NCBI GenBank assembly: GCA_964016885.1
Contig: OZ024749.1
Location: 21,824,001 to 21,888,000, forward strand
DNA: 64,000 nt
Direction: 5' to 3'
DNA from: Eledone cirrhosa
Lineage: Eukaryota
The position numbers were made by a program, and so were the translations under genes. The notes beneath the pieces are model-generated. The model made no database searches and had not been told where the DNA came from. It was given only the letters and a program-made list of their open reading frames with translations. Positions 32,522 through 49,638 of this stretch are shown here, piece after piece (position 1 is the first letter of the stretch; every line of letters starts with the position of its first letter).

Positions 32522-35345
32522 ATATTGTTATACTTTGGGAGGGTCATGTTGCCAATAAGAAACACACGCACCAGTTGCTTTCACTTCAATTTATTATAAT
32601 AAATTTATAATAAATTTATAAATTTATAAATTTCTGGTTGGTTGATTGGTTCCACAACCAGATAGTTGTTTATATATAGTCATAGTTCTTTCGTCACACA
32701 CTCTGTGACCTCTTAAGTGACTGGGGATTCCTTTCTTTGTTTCTGTGTCTCTCCTTTGTTCTGTCCTACGCCATTTTGTTTCTGTGTGTGTGTTGTGTGC
32801 TCAGTCTGCGCATGCGCCACATCCGGGTGTCTGTGTGTATTTATGTTCATTTATTTATTTGTTTCTTTACATGTTACTGGTTGGTTGTTTGTTCTATGTG
32901 TGTGTGTGTTTTCATTTTGTCCTTAATTGTAAGTTGTGATGTTGCTGTTCCACTCATATTTTCTATTTAATTTTGGTTGTAATTCTTTTATGTTTATTGC
33001 CTCTGTGTGTAGATTCTGTGTGTAGATTCTGTGTGTAGATTCTATTTTTATTTCTATGTTCTCTAATTTACCCTTGTGTTCTATTTTAGCATGTTGGTAG
33101 AGTTCAGATGATTCTTTATTATCTTGAAGGTCTCGCCAGTGTTCATTTATCCGTTCCCCTACAGTACGAGCTGTCTCACCTATGTACACTATATTTTTGT
33201 CTCTACATTGTCCTTCAGTACATCTTATGCTATACACTACATTTCTAGTTTTACAGTTAATATGGGGGCTTATTTTACAGGTTATACATTTCTTATCTAT
33301 ACACGAGGGTCTTTGAAAAGGGTATGTCTTGCTAATAAGTGTTTTTACGGAGGTACCTGGTCTTTCTACTATCTTAATATTGAGTTTATGTTTATTTAGG
33401 GCCCTTCTAAATTTGTAAGCTAATTCACCTCTAGGGGTTGTATCGATGAACATTACACTCTGGTATTTATTGCTATCATACCATGAGTTTATTCTATTAG
33501 CCTTGTTCCTAGTTCTTTCTATTCTATTCCAAAATTTGCTCCTATACAAGGGGCAGGTCCCATTTATGTCATTATTTACCATTTTTTCCCATTTGGTTCT
33601 GGCTCCTCTATACACTCTGATTTTATCTCTCTGATTGTAGCCAGAGAACTGCATACGGTGGATGAAGTGTTGTATGTGCCTCTCTAGTTCTTCGGGGTTG
33701 CACATGCGGGACACATTTCTCATCACCCGTACCAAATCCGCAATCAGTATGTTGATTTTGGTATGGTCTGAAACGGCCAAGTTTCGGTGGATCAGATGTT
33801 TGGAAGTCATGGGTTTGGCATAATGGGAATGGAGGATTTGTTTTTTGTTGTTAATGGTATCTAACCAGAGCTCTGTGTCTAGTACAGGTAATCGATGGTT
33901 GGGGTGTTTACTTGGGTAGTCTATAGTGACTCTTTATGCTCCGGTGGATGGAGCTTGCTAATTGCTGGATGCTTTCCATTGTGTTTTTCTCTAGTTCCTG
34001 ACTGTTCTCTATTGGGGGTGTCTTAACTACGATGTTTATATCATCTACGTAGCGGGAGTACATTATCAGGGTTAAGGGGTCTTCTAATTGTTCTTTAAGT
34101 TTAAGTTTAAGTCTACTGTCCCACCATACCATGAATAAGTTAGCTATGTCGCCTGCAATGCTAGCACCAATGGCTGCTCCTTCCTCTTTGGCATATGTTT
34201 TTCCATTAAATTTGAACATATGTTCCTTAAGGGTTAGTTTTATGCTGGCCCCTACCGCATGTGCAATCATTTTCTTCAGTTCATCGTGGTTTTCGGGTGT
34301 CCGTATGGCTCTGGTCCACCCGTTCCATCTATCTGTGTGGGTTTTCTTGGCCATTGAGGTAATGGTAGGTGGTCTGCCTCTTGCTGGTCTTGTAGGGCAC
34401 AGGTTGCTAAGGTCATATGTGTCTAGGTAATTATTACTATAGGTAAGCTTAAGTAGGAGTCCCAGGTCACTGGTATCAATCCCACGGAACTCAACCTTGC
34501 TCTCACTGGTCATTTCTACGCATTTCTCCACAGCAAAATCCACGTCAATAGATGGATACAGGGACACAACATCCATACTGCCTATTATGCAGTTTGTTAG
34601 GTCCCCAGATCGGTTACTCACGCCGATTCTGCTGAGGAGGTCCTCCGTGCTGTCACATACATCTGGGGACATTTCAATGATGGGTGAATTAGCTTACAAA
34701 TTTAGAAGGGCCCTAAATAAACATAAACTCAATATTAAGATAGTAGAAAGACCAGGTACTTCCGTAAAAACACTTATTAGCAAGACATACCCTTTTCAAA
34801 GACCCTCGTGTATAGATAAGAAATGTATAACCTGTAAAATAAGCCCCCATATTAACTGTAAAACTAGAAATGTAGTGTATAGCATAAGATGTACAAAATG
34901 AAAACACACACACACATAGAACAAACAACCAACCAGTAACATGTAAATAAACAAATAAATAAATGAACATAAACACACACAGACACCCGGATGTGGCGCA
35001 TGCGCAGACTGAGCACACAGCACACACACAGAAACAAAATGGCGTAGGACAGAACAAAGGAGAGGCACAGAAACAAAGAAAGGAATCCCCAGTCACTGAA
35101 GAGGTCACAGAGTGTGTGACGAAAGAACTATGACTATATATAAACAACTATCTGGTTGTGGAACCAACCAACCAACCAGAAATTTATAAATTTATAAATT
35201 TATTATAAATTTATTATAATAAATTGAAGTGAAAGCAACTGGTGCGTGTGTTTCTTATTGGCAACATGACCCTCCCAAAGTATAACAATATCGGTTTCAA
35301 CACACGATTTCAGATAAAGAATCTTGCTAAACAAATTCAGAAACG

Positions 35346-35350
<5 letters not shown>
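32522..35350 (-). mobile_element. Penelope-like retroelement (YVDD lineage) with 3' pLTR and inverted 5' duplication
   Basis: ORF 34676-32923 with a frameshift near 33930; GSMDVVSLYPSI, RYVDD, VVYSIRC...YIGETAR; paralogous to 7336-9390. 34681-34893 inverts 33220-33432, and 34894-35290 inverts 32522-32920. Confidence 0.93.
35091..35135 (+). ncRNA. Type I hammerhead, family I
   Basis: agtca-CTGAAGA-G-gtcaca-gagtg-tgtgac-GAAA-gaac-TA-tgact. Intact copy at 38128-38172(-); core-mutated copy (CTTAAGA) at 32678-32722(-). Confidence 0.8.
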
Positions 35351-35416
<66 letters not shown>

Positions 35417-35454
35417 ATTAAATAAATGGAAAACTATATTTATAAAACCATATT

Positions 35455-35520
35455 TATTTCATTATATATATTTCGGGGATATCATATTAACAATATGCTA
35501 TGCCTTCATCAGACAAAATA
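35455..35520 (-). ncRNA. Type I hammerhead, family J
   Basis: tattttgt-CTGATGA-aggcatagcatatt/aatatgatatcccc-GAAA-tatata-TA-atgaaata. Confidence 0.7.
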
Positions 35521-35800
35521 CAATATAAACAGTTTTATAGATAAATATATTCGACATACCGTAATAAACATCAACTTCATTTGAAGAGGTTTACGCTAGC
35601 AGTGAAAATACAGAGAGAAAGAAAGAGAGAAAGAAAAGAGGGAAAAAAGAAAGAAAGACAAAACGAAGAAAAGGAAGAAAAAGAAGAAAAAGAAAAAGAA
35701 GAAATGCATAGAACAAAATATACTCCAAATATTTGTCGAGTGCTTTTATATCAGTTATAAATATTTACTAGTTGTAACCCAACAATTTTAAATATAACTT

Positions 35801-35834
<34 letters not shown>

Positions 35835-35842
<8 letters not shown>

Positions 35843-36256
35843 TAAACAAATAATGAATAAACAATGAAACAGTTCCTTATATTAAACAAAAAAAGTTCAT
35901 TATTTAACGATCGTTTCTAGGATATATATGTGTTAGAATTGGCATGCATATTCAACAGATCTATGTACAAAATTATACAAAATTATACAAACTATCAAGA
36001 TTAAATATACATACCAACACATATATACGCCGTCTTCAGAAATAATTATTTCTGAAGACGGCGTATATATGTGTTGGTATGTATATTTAATCTTGATAGT
36101 TTGTATAATTTTGTATAATTTTGTACATAGATCTGTTGAATATGCATGCCAATTCTAACACATATATATCCTAGAAACGATCGTTAAATAATGAACTTTT
36201 TTTGTTTAATATAATGAACTGTTTCATTGTTTATTCATTATTTGTTTAATATTTTA
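35835..36256. repeat. Fold-back palindrome (~210-bp arms, no spacer) of the family H module
   Basis: Centre tcttcagaaataattatttctgaaga at ~36045. Confidence 0.92.
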
Positions 36257-36388
36257 TCTTGACTCTGTATACCGTTTATCTTTCACCGAAAGTGATTTTT
36301 CATTACATCTCTTCTTTCCATGATATCCGGAATACATTGAGTTCTTCATACGGATTGGACACTACCGTAAACTCTTGGTAGATTTATC

Positions 36389-36443
<55 letters not shown>

Positions 36444-36447
<4 letters not shown>

Positions 36448-37115
36448 TGAGAACTTTCCGGACAAGAGACCGTGACACCATGTTGACACTATGGAGGACA
36501 CTCGTCTTAAGCCGCCTGGACTACTGCTCCCAGTTATTGTCATCCCATAGTGTCAAACTAACCACGGAGCTTGAGGCAATCCAGCGAAGCTACACCAAGA
36601 CGATTGCCACGATGAAGGAGACAAGCTCCTGGGAGAGGCTAAAGGAACTGAACCTCTACTCCTTGGAACGAAGACGTGAGAGATACGAAGTGATCTACAT
36701 GTGGAAAATCCTGGAGGGACTAGCACCAAACTTTGGCATTGGGAGCTGGACCAACCGTAGAACAGGACGTCACTGTGTGGTGCCAAAGGTCCCGTCTTCC
36801 ACATCTAGAATAAGGAGCAGGTATTGCAATGGCCTGAGATTCAAGGGCCCTCAACTCCTCAACAAGCTGCCGAGGGATCTGAGAAATTTGCATAACGTGG
36901 AGGTGGATGTTCACAAGAAACATCTCGATACCTTGCTATCCAGGATCCCGGATGAGCCCACACCAAGGCACGAGGAAACCTAAGGGCAGCAGCAACAAAC
37001 TCCCTCTTACACCAGTGGCCAACCTATACAGGATGGAGATAAAATGTGTAGCAACAAGGGCGGTGCCCCAGCATAGCCTCATCCGGTTGGCTGAAACAGG
37101 TAAAAGAAGAAAAGA
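36444..37115 (+). mobile_element. CR1/L2-like LINE 3' fragment
   Basis: LRTF...LWRTLVLSRLDYCSQL...LEAIQR...ERLKELNLYSLERRRER...FKGPQLLNKLP...KKHLD is typical of the C-terminus downstream of RT; inserted in (TA)n. Confidence 0.8.
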
Positions 37116-37196
37116 GTATATATATATATGTATATATATGTATATATATATATATATGTAGATATGTATATATAAATGTATATATATATATGTATG

Positions 37197-37266
<70 letters not shown>

Positions 37267-37304
37267 TATATGTATATATATATGTATATATATATATATA
37301 TGTA

Positions 37305-37401
<97 letters not shown>

Positions 37402-37450
37402 ATGTAGATATGTATATATATATATATACTTATATATGTACGTATATATG

Positions 37451-37490
<40 letters not shown>

Positions 37491-37529
37491 AGGAAGTTAT
37501 AGTTCACTTGAAGCATTGTGTAATGAGGT

Positions 37530-37958
37530 ATAAACGTTTGTATATGTATAATAAAGCCAACACAAGAAGGTATGGACATAGAATAAAGAATGCAAATGCA
37601 AAAGATATTGTTGACAATTAGTCTTTTACCTTAGATTTATTTAAATGTCTTTAATTTTCGAGATAATATCTCTTCTTCGGAGGGAAGTAAAGCAGTTAAA
37701 CCAGTGTTCTAAATAGCTTGCCAAGTCATTACTGTCAGCATGACTTGGCAAGCTATTTAGAACATTGGTTTAACCGAAAATATCTCGAAAATATCTCGAA
37801 AATATCTCGAAAATATCTCGAAAATTAAGGACATTTAAATAAATCTAAGGTAAAAACTAATTGTCAACAATATCTTTTGCATTTGCATTCTTTATTCTAT
37901 GTCCATATCTGCATTCTTTTGTTGTTTTGGCTTTATTATACATATACAAACGTTTATA
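37530..37958. repeat. Fold-back of the family A module; hammerhead core in the right arm replaced by 11-bp tandem repeats
   Basis: Arms ~37530-37728 and 37741-37958; (aaaatatctcg)x4 at ~37777-37820. Confidence 0.85.
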
Positions 37959-37967
37959 TATATATAT

Positions 37968-38319
37968 ATATTGTTATACTTTGGGAGGGTCATGTTGCCA
38001 ATAAGAAACACACGCACCAGTTGCTTTCACTTCAATTTATTATATATTTATAAATTTACAAATTTACAAACTTATAAATTTCTGTTTGGTTGGTTGGTTC
38101 CACAACCAGATAGTTGTTTATATATATAGTCATAGTCCTTTCGTCACACACTCTGTGACCTCTTCAGTGACTGGGGATTCCTTTCTTCGTTTCTGTGCCT
38201 TTCCTTTCTTCTATCCTACGCCATTTTGTTTCTGTGTGTGTGTTGTGTGCTCAGTATAACAATATCGGTTTCAACACACGATTTCAGATAAAGAATCTTG
38301 CTAAACAAATTCAGAAACG

Positions 38320-38325
<6 letters not shown>
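37968..38325 (-). mobile_element. Solo family I pLTR fragment with a short inverted terminal piece
   Basis: 37968-38253 matches 32522-32805; 38254-38325 matches 35280-35350. Confidence 0.85.
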
Positions 38326-38389
<64 letters not shown>

Positions 38390-38994
38390 CATGTCATCCG
38401 TGTGCAACCATGCAGTATTCTTCTCCCCATTTTTTCACACATATATTTACCGAAACTGCGATTCTGTTTTTCTCTCTCTCTCTCTTACTGCTCCCTCGTT
38501 CTTACTTTCTTTCTCTCTATTGACCTCTTCCTCACACTTCTACTCACTCACTCACTGTTTCTCCCCTTCTCACTTCACCCTGTTCGCGATGTTAACGATT
38601 TTCCTTCTTTTTTACATTGGATTCATCTCGAAAGGTCTATTTTCTACTCGCTCATATATTCACCCAGCCTATACTGATAGAATAACTATGTAGCTTGTGT
38701 CTTTCCTATCTTTGGTTAGCTTTCCTCTGTGTTGTTTACTTGTCTCACTCGCTTTACGCGTTTTAATTGTCCTAATAACTTATTTTAGTTATTATTGCGC
38801 CAACGTGTGGTATATGATTTTTAATGCAATGAAATACCTATGACCGTTGGTAAATCACTGATGAGGGACTCATTTTATAACATGTTATCCATGTGCAACC
38901 ATGCAGTATTCTTCTCCCCATTTTTTCACATATATATATATATATAAACGTTTGTATATGTATAATAAAGCCAAAACAACAAAACAATGTAGGT

Positions 38995-42750
<3,756 letters not shown>

Positions 42751-42759
42751 TTATGTATG

Positions 42760-42808
<49 letters not shown>

Positions 42809-42869
42809 GTATATATGTATATATATATATATATATACGTATATATGTATGTATAATATATATATATAC

Positions 42870-42940
<71 letters not shown>

Positions 42941-42991
42941 GTATATATATATATATATACGTATATATGTATATATATACACGTATATATG

Positions 42992-43091
<100 letters not shown>

Positions 43092-43142
43092 GTATATATA
43101 TATATATATACGTATATATGTATATATATACACGTATATATG

Positions 43143-43188
<46 letters not shown>

Positions 43189-43348
43189 CTTATACACGTA
43201 TATATATATATATATATATATATGCAGTATATATATATATATACATAACATATGTTCTCAAACTTACGTGAATCTTTATCTGCCGGCTTATAGTGTAGCC
43301 AGCTGGCAGGAAAGCCCGCGTACACGCGTGTATATTTGAACACGTATA

Positions 43349-43443
<95 letters not shown>

Positions 43444-43808
43444 GTGCCTGTGTGTCTGTGTGTGTGTCTGTGTGTGTGTCTGTCTATATCTTTGTGTGTG
43501 TGTGTGTTGTCTTTTTCTTTAATGTATTACAGCGTAAGTATATATATCTTATCTTAAGATGCCTGCGTCTTTATGTGTGTGTTATATGTGATGTGTATAC
43601 ACATCTGAGTATTTCTGTGTGTGTATGTCTGTTCCTGTCTCTTCGTATGGATGTATGTGTGTATATATATGTATATATGTTTATATATATTTATATATGT
43701 ATATATATGATTATATAGATAGTATATATGATTATATATATATATATATGATTATATATATATATGTGATTATACATATATATGATTATATGATTATATA
43801 TATATGAT

Positions 43809-43843
<35 letters not shown>

Positions 43844-43984
43844 GATTATATGTATATATTTGATTATATGTATATATATGATTATATGTATATATATGAA
43901 TATAAGTATGTATACGTACATACATATATCTATACAGACGTACAGTAGTATGTATATATACATACATGCACATGGTGATCCGGG

Positions 43985-44410
43985 CGGGTGGTGGTGGTGA
44001 TTGTGGTGATTGTGATGGTGATGGTTGTCGTAATGGGGGCGGTGGTGGTGATGTTGTTATTGGTGGTAGTGGTGGTGGTGGTGGTTGTGATGTTATTGAT
44101 GTTGGTGGTGGTGGTGGTGCTGATGTTATTGATGTTGGCGGTGGTGGTGGTGTGTGATGTTGTTGATGATGGTGGTGGTGGTGATGTTGTCATTGATGTT
44201 GATGGTGGTGGTGATATTGTTGTTGATGATGGTGGTGGTGATGGTGGTGGTGATGTTGATGTTGATATTGTTCTTTTTGATGATGGTGGTGTTGTTATTG
44301 ATGATGGTGGTGGTGGTTGTTGTGGTGGTGGTAGTGGCGATAGAGGTGGTGGTGTTGATGGGGGGGGGGGGGTAGTTGTGAGAGTGGTAGTGGGGTGGTG
44401 TTGGTGTAGT
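43985..44410. repeat. GGT/GAT/GTT low-complexity trinucleotide tract
   Basis: Directly visible; grades into the satellite. Confidence 0.85.
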
Positions 44411-44429
44411 TGCTTCTTTGGTTTTCCTT

Positions 44430-44763
44430 CTTATTGTTGTTGCTGTAATTTATGCTGTTGTTGTTGTTGTTGGTACTGTTGTTGTTACTGCTGTTGTTGT
44501 TGTTGTTGTTGGTACTGTTGTTGGTACTGCTGTTATTGTTGTTGTTGTTGGTACTGTTGTTGGTACTGTTGTTGTTGTTGTTGGTACTGTTGTTGGTACT
44601 GCTGTTATTGTTGTTGTTGGTACTGTTGTTGGTACTGTTGTTGTTGTTGTTGTTGTTGTTGGTACTGTTGTTGTTGTTGTTGTTGTTGGTACTGCCTTTG
44701 TTGTTGTTGGTACTGTTGTTGTTACTGCTGTTTTCGTTGTTGGTACTGTTGTTGGTACTGCCG

Positions 44764-44801
<38 letters not shown>

Positions 44802-47800
44802 GGTACTGTTGTTGGTACTGCTGTTATTGTTGTTGTTGTTGTTGGTACTGTTGTTGTTGTTGGTACTGCTGTTGTTGTTGTTGGTACTGTTGTCGGTACT
44901 GCTGTTATTGTTGTTGTTGTTGTTGGTACTGTTGTTACTGTTGTTGTTGTTGGTACTGCTGTTGCTACTTTTGTTGTTGTTGCTGTTGGTACTGTTGTTG
45001 TTGTTGTTGTTGTTGTTGGTACTGTTGTTGGTACGGTTGTTGTTCCTGTTGCTGTTGTTGTTGGTGGTACTGTTGTTGTTGTTGTTGTTGTTGTTGGTAC
45101 TGTTGTTGGTACGGTTGTTGTTCCTGTTGCTGTTGTTGTTGTTGGTACGGTTGTTGTTGTTGTTGTTGGTACTGTTGTTGTTCTTGTTGCTGTTGTTGTT
45201 GTTGGTACGGTTGTTGTTGTTGTTGTTGGTACTGTTGTTGGTACTGCTGTTATTGTTGTTGTCGTTACTGTTGTTGGTACTGTTGTTGTTGTTGTTGTTG
45301 TTGGTACTGTTGTTGGTAGTGTTGTTGTTGTTGTTGGTACTGTTGTTGGTACTGCTGTTGTTGTTGTTGTTGTTGGTACTGTTTTTGTTGTTATTGTTGG
45401 TACTGTTGTTGGTACTATTGTTGTTGTTGTTGGTACCGTTGTTGGTACTGTTGTTGTTGTTGTTGCTGTTGTTTTTGTTGGTACGGTTGTTGTTGTTGTT
45501 GTTGGTACTGTTGTTGGTACTGTTTATGTTGTTGTTGGTCCTGTTGTTGGTACTGTTGTTGATACTGTTGTTGTTGGTGTTTGTACTGTTGTTGGTACTG
45601 TTGTTGTTCTTGTTGTTGTTGTTGGTACTGTTGTTGTTGTTGTTACTGTTGTTGGTAGTGTTGTTGTGTTGTTGTTACTGTTGTTGTTACTGTTGTTGCT
45701 GTTGTTGTTGTTGTTGTTGTTGGTACTGTTGTTGGTACTGTTGTTGTTGTTGTTGATACTGTTGTTGGTACTGTTGTTGGTACTGTTGTTGTTTTTGTTG
45801 GTACTGTTGTTGTTGTTGTTGGTACTGCTGTTGTTGTTGGTACTGTTGTAGGTACTGCTGTTATTGTTGTTGGTACTGTTGTTGTTCTTGTTGTTGTTGG
45901 TACTGCTGATATTGTTGTTGTTGTTGGTACTGTTGTTGTTGTTGTTGTTGGTACTGTTGTTGGTACTGCTGTTATTGTTGTTGGTACTGTTGTTGGTACT
46001 GTTGTTGGTACTGCTGTTATTGTTGTTGTTGTTGTTCGTAGTTTTGTTGGTACTGCTGTTATTGTTGTTGTTGTTGCTTGTACTGCTGTTATTATTAGTT
46101 GTTGTTGGTACTGTTGTTGGTACTGCTGTTATTGTTGTTGTTGTTGGTATTGTTGTTGGTACTGCTGTCGTTGTTGTTGGTACTGTTGTTGTTCTGCTGT
46201 TGTTGTTGTTACTGTTGTTGGTACTGCTGGTATTGTTGTTGTTGTTGGTACTGTTGTTGGTACTGCTGTTGTTGTTGGTACTGTTGTTGGTACTGTTGTT
46301 GGTACTGCTCTTGGTACAGTTGTTGGTACTGCTGTTGTTGTTGTTGTTGGTACTGCTGTTGTTGTTGTCGGTACTGTTGTTGGTACTGCTGTTGTTGTTG
46401 TTGTTGGTACTGTTGTTGGTACTGCTGTTGTTGTTGTCGGTACTGTTGTTGGTACTGCTGTTGTTGTTGGTACTGTTGTTGGTACTGTTGTTGGTACTGC
46501 TCTTGGTACAGTTGTTGGTACTGCTGTTGTTGTTGTTGTTGGTACTGTTGTTGGTACTGCTGTTGTTGTTGTCGGTACTGTTGTTGGTACTGCTGTTGTT
46601 GTTGTTGTTGGTACTGTTGTTGGTACTGCTGTTGTTGTTGTCGGTACTGTTGTTGGTACTGCTGTTGTTGTTGTTGTTGTTGTTGTTGGTACTGCTGTTG
46701 TTGTTGTTGGTACTGTTGTTGGTACTGCTGTTATTGTAGTTGGTACTGTTGTTGGTACTGCTGTTATTGTAGTTGTTGTTGTTGGTACTGTTGTTGGTAC
46801 TGCTGTTGTTGTTGTTGGTACTGTTGTTGGTACTGTTGTTGTTGCTGTTGGTACTCTTGTTGGTACTGTTGTTGTTGTTGTTGGTACTGTTGCTGGTACT
46901 GTTGTTGTTGTTGTTGGTACTCTTGTTGGTACTTTTGTTGTTGTTGATGGTACTCTTGTTGGTACTGTTGTTGTTGTTGGTACTGTTGCTGGTACTGTTG
47001 TTGGTACTGCTGTTATTGTTGTTGTTGTTCGTACTGTTGTTGGTACTGCTTTTTATTGTTGTTGTTGGTGTTGTTGGTACTGTTGTTGTTGTTGTTGGTA
47101 CTGTTTTTGTTGTTATTTTTGGTACTGTTGTTGGTACTGTTGTTCTTGTTGTTGGTACTATTGTTGTTGTTGTTGGTACCGTTGTTGGTACTGTTGTTGT
47201 TGTTGTTGCTGTTGTTGTTGTTGTTGTTGGTACTGTTGTTGGTACTGTTTATGTTGTTGTTGGTACTGTTGTTGTTGGTGTTTGTACTGGTGTTGGTACT
47301 GTTGTTGTTCTTGTTGTTGTTGTTGGTACTGTTGTTGTTGTTGGTGGTACTGTTGTTGTTGTTGTTGTTGGTACTCTTGTTGGTACTGTTGTTGTTGTTG
47401 TTGGTACTGTTGTTGTTGTTGTTGGTACTCTTGTTGGTACTGTTGTTGGTACTGTTGATGGTACTGCTGTTATTGTTGTTGTTGTTCGTACTGTTGTTGG
47501 TACTGCTTTTTATTGTTGTTGTTGTTGTTGTTGGTACTGTTGTTGTTGTTGTTGGTACTTTTGTTGGTACTGCTGTTGTTGTTGGTGGTACAGTTGTTGG
47601 TACTGGTGTTGTTGTTGTTGGTAATGTTGTTGGTACTGTTGTTGTTGTTGTTACTGTTGTTGTTGTTGGTACTGTTGTTGGTACTGCTGTTATTGTTGTT
47701 GTTGTTGTTGGTACTGTTGTTGGTACTGTTGTTGGTACTGCTGTTATTGTTATTGTTGTTGTTGGTACTGTTGTTGGTACTGCTGTTATTGTTGTTGTTG

Positions 47801-49400
47801 TTGTTGGTACTGCTGTTATTGTTGTTGTTGTTGTTGGTACTGTTGTTGGTACTGCTGTTATTGTTGTTGGTACTGTTGTTGGTACTGTTGTGGTTGTTGT
47901 TGTTGTTGTTGGTACTGTTGTTGGTACTGTTGTTGTTGTTGTTGGTACTGTTGTTAGTACTGTTGTGGTTGTTGTTGTTGTTTTTGGTACTGGTGTTAGT
48001 ACTGTTGTTGTTGTTGCTAGTACTGTTGTTGGTACTGTTGTTGTTGTTGTTGGTACTGTTGTTGGTACTGTTGTTGTTGTTGGTGGTAGTGTTGTTGTTG
48101 TTGTTGTTGTTGGTACTCTTGTTGGTACTGTTATTGTTGTTGCTGGTATTGTTGTTGGTACTGCTGTTATTGTTGTTGTTGTTGTTGGTACTGTTGTTGG
48201 TACTGTTGTTGTTGTTGTTGGTACTGTTGCTGTTGTTGTTGGTGCTGGTAATGTTGTTGGTACTGATGTTATTGTTGTTGTTGTTGGTACTGTTGTTATT
48301 GTTGTTGTTGTTGGTACTGTTGTTAGTACTCTTGTTGTTGTTGCTGGTACTGTTGTTGGTACTGTTGTTGGTACTGCTGTTGTTGTTGTTGGTACTGTTG
48401 TTGGTACTGCTGTTGTTGTTGTTGGTACTTTTGTTGGTACTGCTGTTGTTGTTGTTGGTACTGTTGTTATTGTTGTTGTTGTTGTTGGTACTGTTGTTGG
48501 TACTTCTGGTATTGTTGCTGTTGTTGTTGGTACTGTTGTTGGTACTGCTGTTGTTGTTGTTGGTACTGTTGTTGGTACCTCTGTTGTTGTTGTCGGTACT
48601 GTTGTTGGTACTGTTGTTGTTGTTATTGTTGTTGTTGTTGTTGTTGGTACTGTTGTTTGTACTGCTGTTGTTGTTGTTGGTACTGTTGTTGGTACCTCTG
48701 TTGTTGTTGTCGGTACTGTTGTTGTTACTGTTGTTGTTGTTATTGTTGTTGTTGTTGTTGTTGGTACTGTTGTTTGTACTGCTGTTGTTGTTGTTGGTAC
48801 TGTTGTTGGTACCTCTGTTGTTTTTGTCGGTACTGTTGTTGGTACCGTTGTTGTTGTTGTTGGTACTGTTGTTGGTACTGTTGTTGTTGTTGTTGGTACT
48901 GTTGTTATTGTTTTTGTTGTTGGTACTGCTGTTATTGTTGTTGTTACTGTTGATGGTACGACTGTTGTTGTTGTCGGTACTGCTGTTGTTGTTGGTGGTA
49001 CTGTTGTTGGTACTGTTGTTGTTGTTGTTGGTACTGTTGTTATTGTTGTTGTTGTTGGTACTGCTGTTATTGTTGTTGTTACTGTTGATGGTACGACTGT
49101 TGTTGTTGTCGGTACTGCTGTTGTTGTTGTTGGTACTGTTGTTGGTACTGCTGTTGTTGTTGTTGTTGGTACTGTTGTTGCTACTGCTGTTGTTGTTGTT
49201 GGTACTGTTGTTGGTACTGCTGTTGTTGTTGTTGTTGGTACTGTTGTTGGTACTGTTGTTGTTGTTGTTGGTACTGTTGTTGGTACTGTTGTTGTTGTTG
49301 TTGGTACTGTTGTTATTGTTGTTGTTGTTGGTACTGCTGTTATTGTTGTTGTTACTGTTGATGGTACAACTGTTGTTGTTGTTGGTACTGTTGTTGTTTC

Positions 49401-49440
<40 letters not shown>

Positions 49441-49586
49441 GGTACTGGTGTTGTTCTCGGTACTGTTGTTGGTACTGCTGTTATTGTTGTTGTTGTTGTT
49501 GTTGGTACTGTTGTTTGTACTGATGTTGTTGTTGTTGGTACTGTTGTTGGTACTTCTGTTGTTGTTGTTGGTACTGTTGTTGGTAC

Positions 49587-49638
<52 letters not shown>

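Noticed and set aside
38850-38900. CTGATGAG as another hammerhead
   Set aside because: No downstream GAAA or stem III; at best a remnant, so not counted.
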